Translations under genes and position numbers: made by a program
Shown here: one piece after another, positions 60,665-64,000 of the stretch
Numbering within the stretch: position 1 is the first letter of the stretch
Layout: the number at the start of each line of letters is the position of its first letter
NCBI GenBank assembly: GCA_038244925.1
Contig: JBBRSX010000010.1
Span: 4,337-68,336 of the forward strand
Source of the DNA: Hyphomicrobiales bacterium
GTDB lineage: Bacteria; Pseudomonadota; Alphaproteobacteria; Rhizobiales; Xanthobacteraceae
Direction: 5' to 3'
Length of the DNA: 64,000 nt
Notes under the pieces: generated by a model
The model's database searches: none
The model's input: the letters and a program-made list of their open reading frames with translations, nothing else
Told to the model about the DNA's origin: nothing

Positions 60665-61567
60665 ATGATCGAATCCACCGCCGTTCGATATTTTCGCGTT
60701 GTTACCGAATGCGGTTCGATCAAACAGGCGGCCGCTTCGCTCAGGATCGCTCCGAGCGCGATTAGCCGCCAAATGCAGGGCCTGGAGGAAGAGCTTTCGG
60801 TCAAGCTGTTCGAGCGGGGCGCGCGGGGAATGAACCTCACTGACGCAGGTCACGTCCTCTACCGCTACGCAATCGAAAACCGCAACCAACTCGACGGTCT
60901 GCGCACCCAGGTCGAGGAATTCGACTCGCTGCGCCGAGGACAAGTCAAGCTTGCTACCGTTGAGGGTCTCGTTGCGAGTTTTTTGTCGGATTTCGTGGTG
61001 GATCTTTCCAAGGAGTATCCCGGCATTTCAATCTCGGTCACGGTGCTTGGATCGCGCGACGTCGCCGAGATGGTTAGCCAGAATGAGGTCGACCTCGGCT
61101 TCGTGTTTGGGCCGACACCGCGGCGCGACCTGATTGAACTCGGCCGGATGCGGCAGTCGCTTTGCCTGATTGTTGCGCCGTGCCATCCAATGGCTGGCGG
61201 GGAATGTTACACCGTTAAGGATCTTGCCGGTTTGCGCGTGGTGGTGCCGGACACATCCTTCGGAATCCGACAGGAAATTGACAAGGCTTTCGCGCAGGCC
61301 AATGTCCGCCTGGAAATTTGCAGCGAAACTAATTCGCTTGCTTTCGCGCAGAGCATTGTCGCTCGGACTGAACTGGCGACTTTCCTGCCCATGGTATCGG
61401 CGATGCCCTCGATCGTTGCCGGGAAGCTGCAAGCGATTCCGCTGCGCGACAAGCGGTTGGAGGCGACGCAGGTAACGCTCGTTCAACTCGCCGCGCGCAG
61501 CACTTCACCCTCAACCAGACTAGTCGCCGACCGACTCATCCAGAAGATGGGAAAATCGGAGAACTAG
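60665..61567 (+). CDS. LysR family transcriptional regulator
   Basis: YFRVVTECGSIKQAA..L.IAPSAISRQ...LFER..RGM.LTDAG; divergent from the ABC operon. Confidence 0.95.
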   Translation: MIESTAVRYFRVVTECGSIKQAAASLRIAPSAISRQMQGLEEELSVKLFERGARGMNLTDAGHVLYRYAIENRNQLDGLRTQVEEFDSLRRGQVKLATVEGLVASFLSDFVVDLSKEYPGISISVTVLGSRDVAEMVSQNEVDLGFVFGPTPRRDLIELGRMRQSLCLIVAPCHPMAGGECYTVKDLAGLRVVVPDTSFGIRQEIDKAFAQANVRLEICSETNSLAFAQSIVARTELATFLPMVSAMPSIVAGKLQAIPLRDKRLEATQVTLVQLAARSTSPSTRLVADRLIQKMGKSEN

Positions 61568-61757
61568 GCACGGCCGGTCAGCGTCGTCCCGTCCATGGTA
61601 GACTCGACACAGTTTTGTTCCGTTTGGCTGCTGCGCAGCATTGTCGTCGGGTGTATGATTCTTTGGTGGCCGACCACCGCGCTTGCCGTCAATACAACGA
61701 TTCGGCAAGCTCATCTCGAAATCGCCGCCGCGTGACTATAAAGAAAGAAGCGGAAGG

Positions 61758-62078
61758 ATGCCCGTGATCACTGCCATTGTCCTTTACAATCTACCGGACA
61801 CGATCGGCCTCGAGGAATGCCGCGCGCATTTCACCAGGATCGCGCCAGATTTCTTGAAAGCGCCGGGATTCGTCCGAAAGCAATTCATTTGCCAGAAAGA
61901 CGGCAGCGTCGCCGGCGGCGTCTATATGTGGGAAAGCCAGGCCGAGGCCGAGGCGTTCTACAATGGCCCTTGGCGCGAAGGGATTCTCGCGCGCTACGGC
62001 AACGATCCGACGATCCAATATTTCGAAACGGTCGCACTCACCGACAAGGCGACCGGCATCGCAGGGGGGATCGATTGA
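61758..62078 (+). CDS. YdhR-like dimeric alpha/beta-barrel (putative monooxygenase) protein
   Basis: PGFVRKQF...AGGVYMWES..EAEAF. Confidence 0.78.
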   Translation: MPVITAIVLYNLPDTIGLEECRAHFTRIAPDFLKAPGFVRKQFICQKDGSVAGGVYMWESQAEAEAFYNGPWREGILARYGNDPTIQYFETVALTDKATGIAGGID

Positions 62079-62118
62079 GCTAACGGTTTGCAGCAAGCGC
62101 TAACAACGTGGCCCGGGT

Positions 62119-62279
62119 GTGCCTTCGGCGTCAAAACAACGCTCCGGCACTACAATAACCTTGGTTCTAAAGGGATTTCCGTATCGCCGGTCTAGCTTCG
62201 GAGGGCAACGCTCTATCCAGCTGAGCTACGGGTGCAACAGGGGTTCATTTAGCCGATTGGCCCGGCAAGGGGCAACGGC
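62119..62279 (-). repeat. att repeat (right): arm, displaced native tRNA-Arg 5' half (62196-62235) and native promoter
   Basis: Matches 29452-29534 and 54968-55056. Confidence 0.9.
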
Positions 62280-62408
62280 ACTTCCGGGGGGTGGGGAGAC
62301 GAAGGTGGCAGGTATTGAGACGTATTCCCCGTCAAAAATCTGATCCGTTCCGGCCAATCGGTGCTAGTCTTGGGCCCTGATCTTCTCGGCCATCGATGGG
62401 GACGTCCG

Positions 62409-62888
62409 ATGTATAAGAAGGTTCTTCTCGCCTATGACGGGTCTGTCGAGGGACGGCGTGCGTTGCGGGAGGGTGCGAAGCTCGCGCAGCTCTGCCACGC
62501 CGAGGTATTTCTGCTGGCGGTGGTCGAGGTTTCCTCGATCATGACGCCCGAAGCCGGGCTCACCATCCCGATCGAGCTGCAGACCGAGGACTACAAGACC
62601 ATCCTCAACGAAGGCATCGAGCGCCTGAAGGCGGTGGGCTTCTCTCCCACCGCGCGGCTGGAGGTCGGCGACGCCGGCCAGAAAATCGCCGAGGTCGCCG
62701 AGGAAATCGGGGCGCATCTCGTCGTCGTCGGCCATCGCCCGCAGGGGCCGCTGGCGCGATGGTTCGGCTCGATCGGCAGCTATCTGGTCAAGCGTCTGCG
62801 CTGCAGCGTGCTGGTCGGGCAAACCGAGATTAGCGACGATGAGTTCGACCAGTTGAAGCCGCCGGCCGAGCGAGCTGCTTCGGCTTAG
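62409..62888 (+). CDS. Universal stress protein
   Basis: YKKVLLAYDGS, GDAGQKI, LVVVGH, GSIGSYLV. Confidence 0.92.
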   Translation: MYKKVLLAYDGSVEGRRALREGAKLAQLCHAEVFLLAVVEVSSIMTPEAGLTIPIELQTEDYKTILNEGIERLKAVGFSPTARLEVGDAGQKIAEVAEEIGAHLVVVGHRPQGPLARWFGSIGSYLVKRLRCSVLVGQTEISDDEFDQLKPPAERAASA

Positions 62889-63289
62889 GCAGGAACGATG
62901 ACCTTGCCGATCGGCCACAGCGCGATGCCGGCAAGCTTCAGATGCGCCCAGGCAAAGGGAATGCCAATGATGGTCACGGCCAGCACGACGGCCGTGACGA
63001 CATGCGCGAGCGCCAGCCACCACCCCGCCAGCACCAGCCAGATGATGTTGCCGATCACGCCGAGTGGGCCGGTGCCGACGTCTTCCTGCCCGGTATAGGT
63101 CGCACGCGACACCGCCCTCGAGCCGAACGGAAACAGCGTATAGGCCGCGATATTGAACGCAGCCCTCGCCCAGGGAATACCGACGATCGTGATCGCCATG
63201 ATCACCGCGGCGACCAGCCAGCCGAACGCCATCCACGCGCCGCCGAGGACGATCCAGAGAACGTTCAGGAGCAATGAAACCGGTGACAT
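62885..63289 (-). CDS. YccF domain inner membrane protein
   Basis: Twin N.IW.V.GGW...ITIIGIP...P.G repeats. Confidence 0.92.
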   Translation of the reverse strand: MSPVSLLLNVLWIVLGGAWMAFGWLVAAVIMAITIVGIPWARAAFNIAAYTLFPFGSRAVSRATYTGQEDVGTGPLGVIGNIIWLVLAGWWLALAHVVTAVVLAVTIIGIPFAWAHLKLAGIALWPIGKVIVPA

Positions 63290-63480
63290 GGCTTTGATCT
63301 CTCTTCTGCCGAGGGAGCGATTGAAATCAGAATACGCCGCCGACGGCCTTGATTCAAATCAGAACCCTGGATTCAATCAGAACCATGAACCGGATTGCCG
63401 CGGACGGCGCAGGCGCTAGACTGTTCCCTGCAACATGATCAACACGATCAAATAACAGGCGTTCCCAGGGAGAATTATGC

Positions 63481-64000
63481 ATGCGTCCGCTCGAATTCGG
63501 CTGGTATCTGCCCACGCATGGCGACACCACGGCCTATGGCCTGATGGACGCGCAGATCCCGGGTTCCCCTGAACTATGCGATCGCGTGGTGCAGGCGGCC
63601 GAAAAGGCCGGTTTCGAATATCTGCTGATCCCGGTGGGTTCGACGTGCTGGGAGGCCTGGATATCCGGCGCCTTCATGGCGGCGCGTTCGTCGACCATCA
63701 AGCCGCTGATCGCGGCCCGGCCCGGCTATATCAACCCGGTGCTGCTGGCCAAGATGATCTCGACCTTCGACCAGATGTCGGGCGGCCGCATCTGCGTCAA
63801 CCTGATCGCCGGCCAGAACGAAAGCGAAGTCGAAGGCGAGGGCGTGCGCTACCCGAAGGAAGAGCGCTACGCACTGATGGAGGAGGAGGTCTCGATCCTC
63901 AAGGCGCTGTGGACCACGCGGGGACCGCTGACGTTCGAGGGCAAGTTTCACAAATTGTCCGGCGCGCACATCCGTCCGCGCCCGCAGCAGCAGCCGTTTC
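63481..64000 (+). CDS. LLM-class flavin-dependent monooxygenase (SsuD-like), runs off the window
   Basis: Own translation: MRPLEFGWYLPTHGD...AAEKAGFEYLLIP...LIAARPG...TFDQMSGGRICVNLIAG. Confidence 0.88.
   Translation, partial: MRPLEFGWYLPTHGDTTAYGLMDAQIPGSPELCDRVVQAAEKAGFEYLLIPVGSTCWEAWISGAFMAARSSTIKPLIAARPGYINPVLLAKMISTFDQMSGGRICVNLIAGQNESEVEGEGVRYPKEERYALMEEEVSILKALWTTRGPLTFEGKFHKLSGAHIRPRPQQQPF

Noticed and set aside
63574-63969. 131-aa minus-strand ORF
   Set aside because: Antisense shadow of the LLM monooxygenase starting at 63481.

Overview
GC-rich alphaproteobacterial chromosome segment whose gene content and intergenic palindromes point to Bradyrhizobium or a close relative (inference). 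Positions 1-29.4 kb look like core genome: the rpsT-flanking regulatory region (probably the dnaA upstream region), msrA, a Wza-like exporter, iorAB-type molybdoenzyme, HD-GYP, P450, CoA ligase, a PHO-box ABC/phosphodiesterase operon, and an orphan DctP next to a chemoreceptor. Positions 29.45-62.28 kb are a visibly AT-richer, roughly 32.7-kb island in tRNA-Arg(CCG). The direct repeat is the tRNA 5' half plus its promoter, ending at the anticodon loop, rather than the usual 3' half. I see no integrase in the island. It carries at least seven further tRNA-Arg-derived att-like scars from three repeat families, in both orientations, and these fall at the borders of self-contained cargo modules. 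The modules are: sulfatase/DUF427; small ORFs; PilZ/FeeM with CtrA boxes; a CbbX-type AAA+ ATPase fused to a UvrD/PcrA-like C-terminal Tudor domain plus agmatine deiminase; CIRCE-groESL/usg/recD2; a 5-GAF kinase-adenylate cyclase unit; and a LysR/ABC/CnbZ-like unit. The two best candidates for something new are this integrase-less, att-punctuated cassette array and the AAA+-Tudor fusion. All product calls come from motif recognition by eye, with no database searches.
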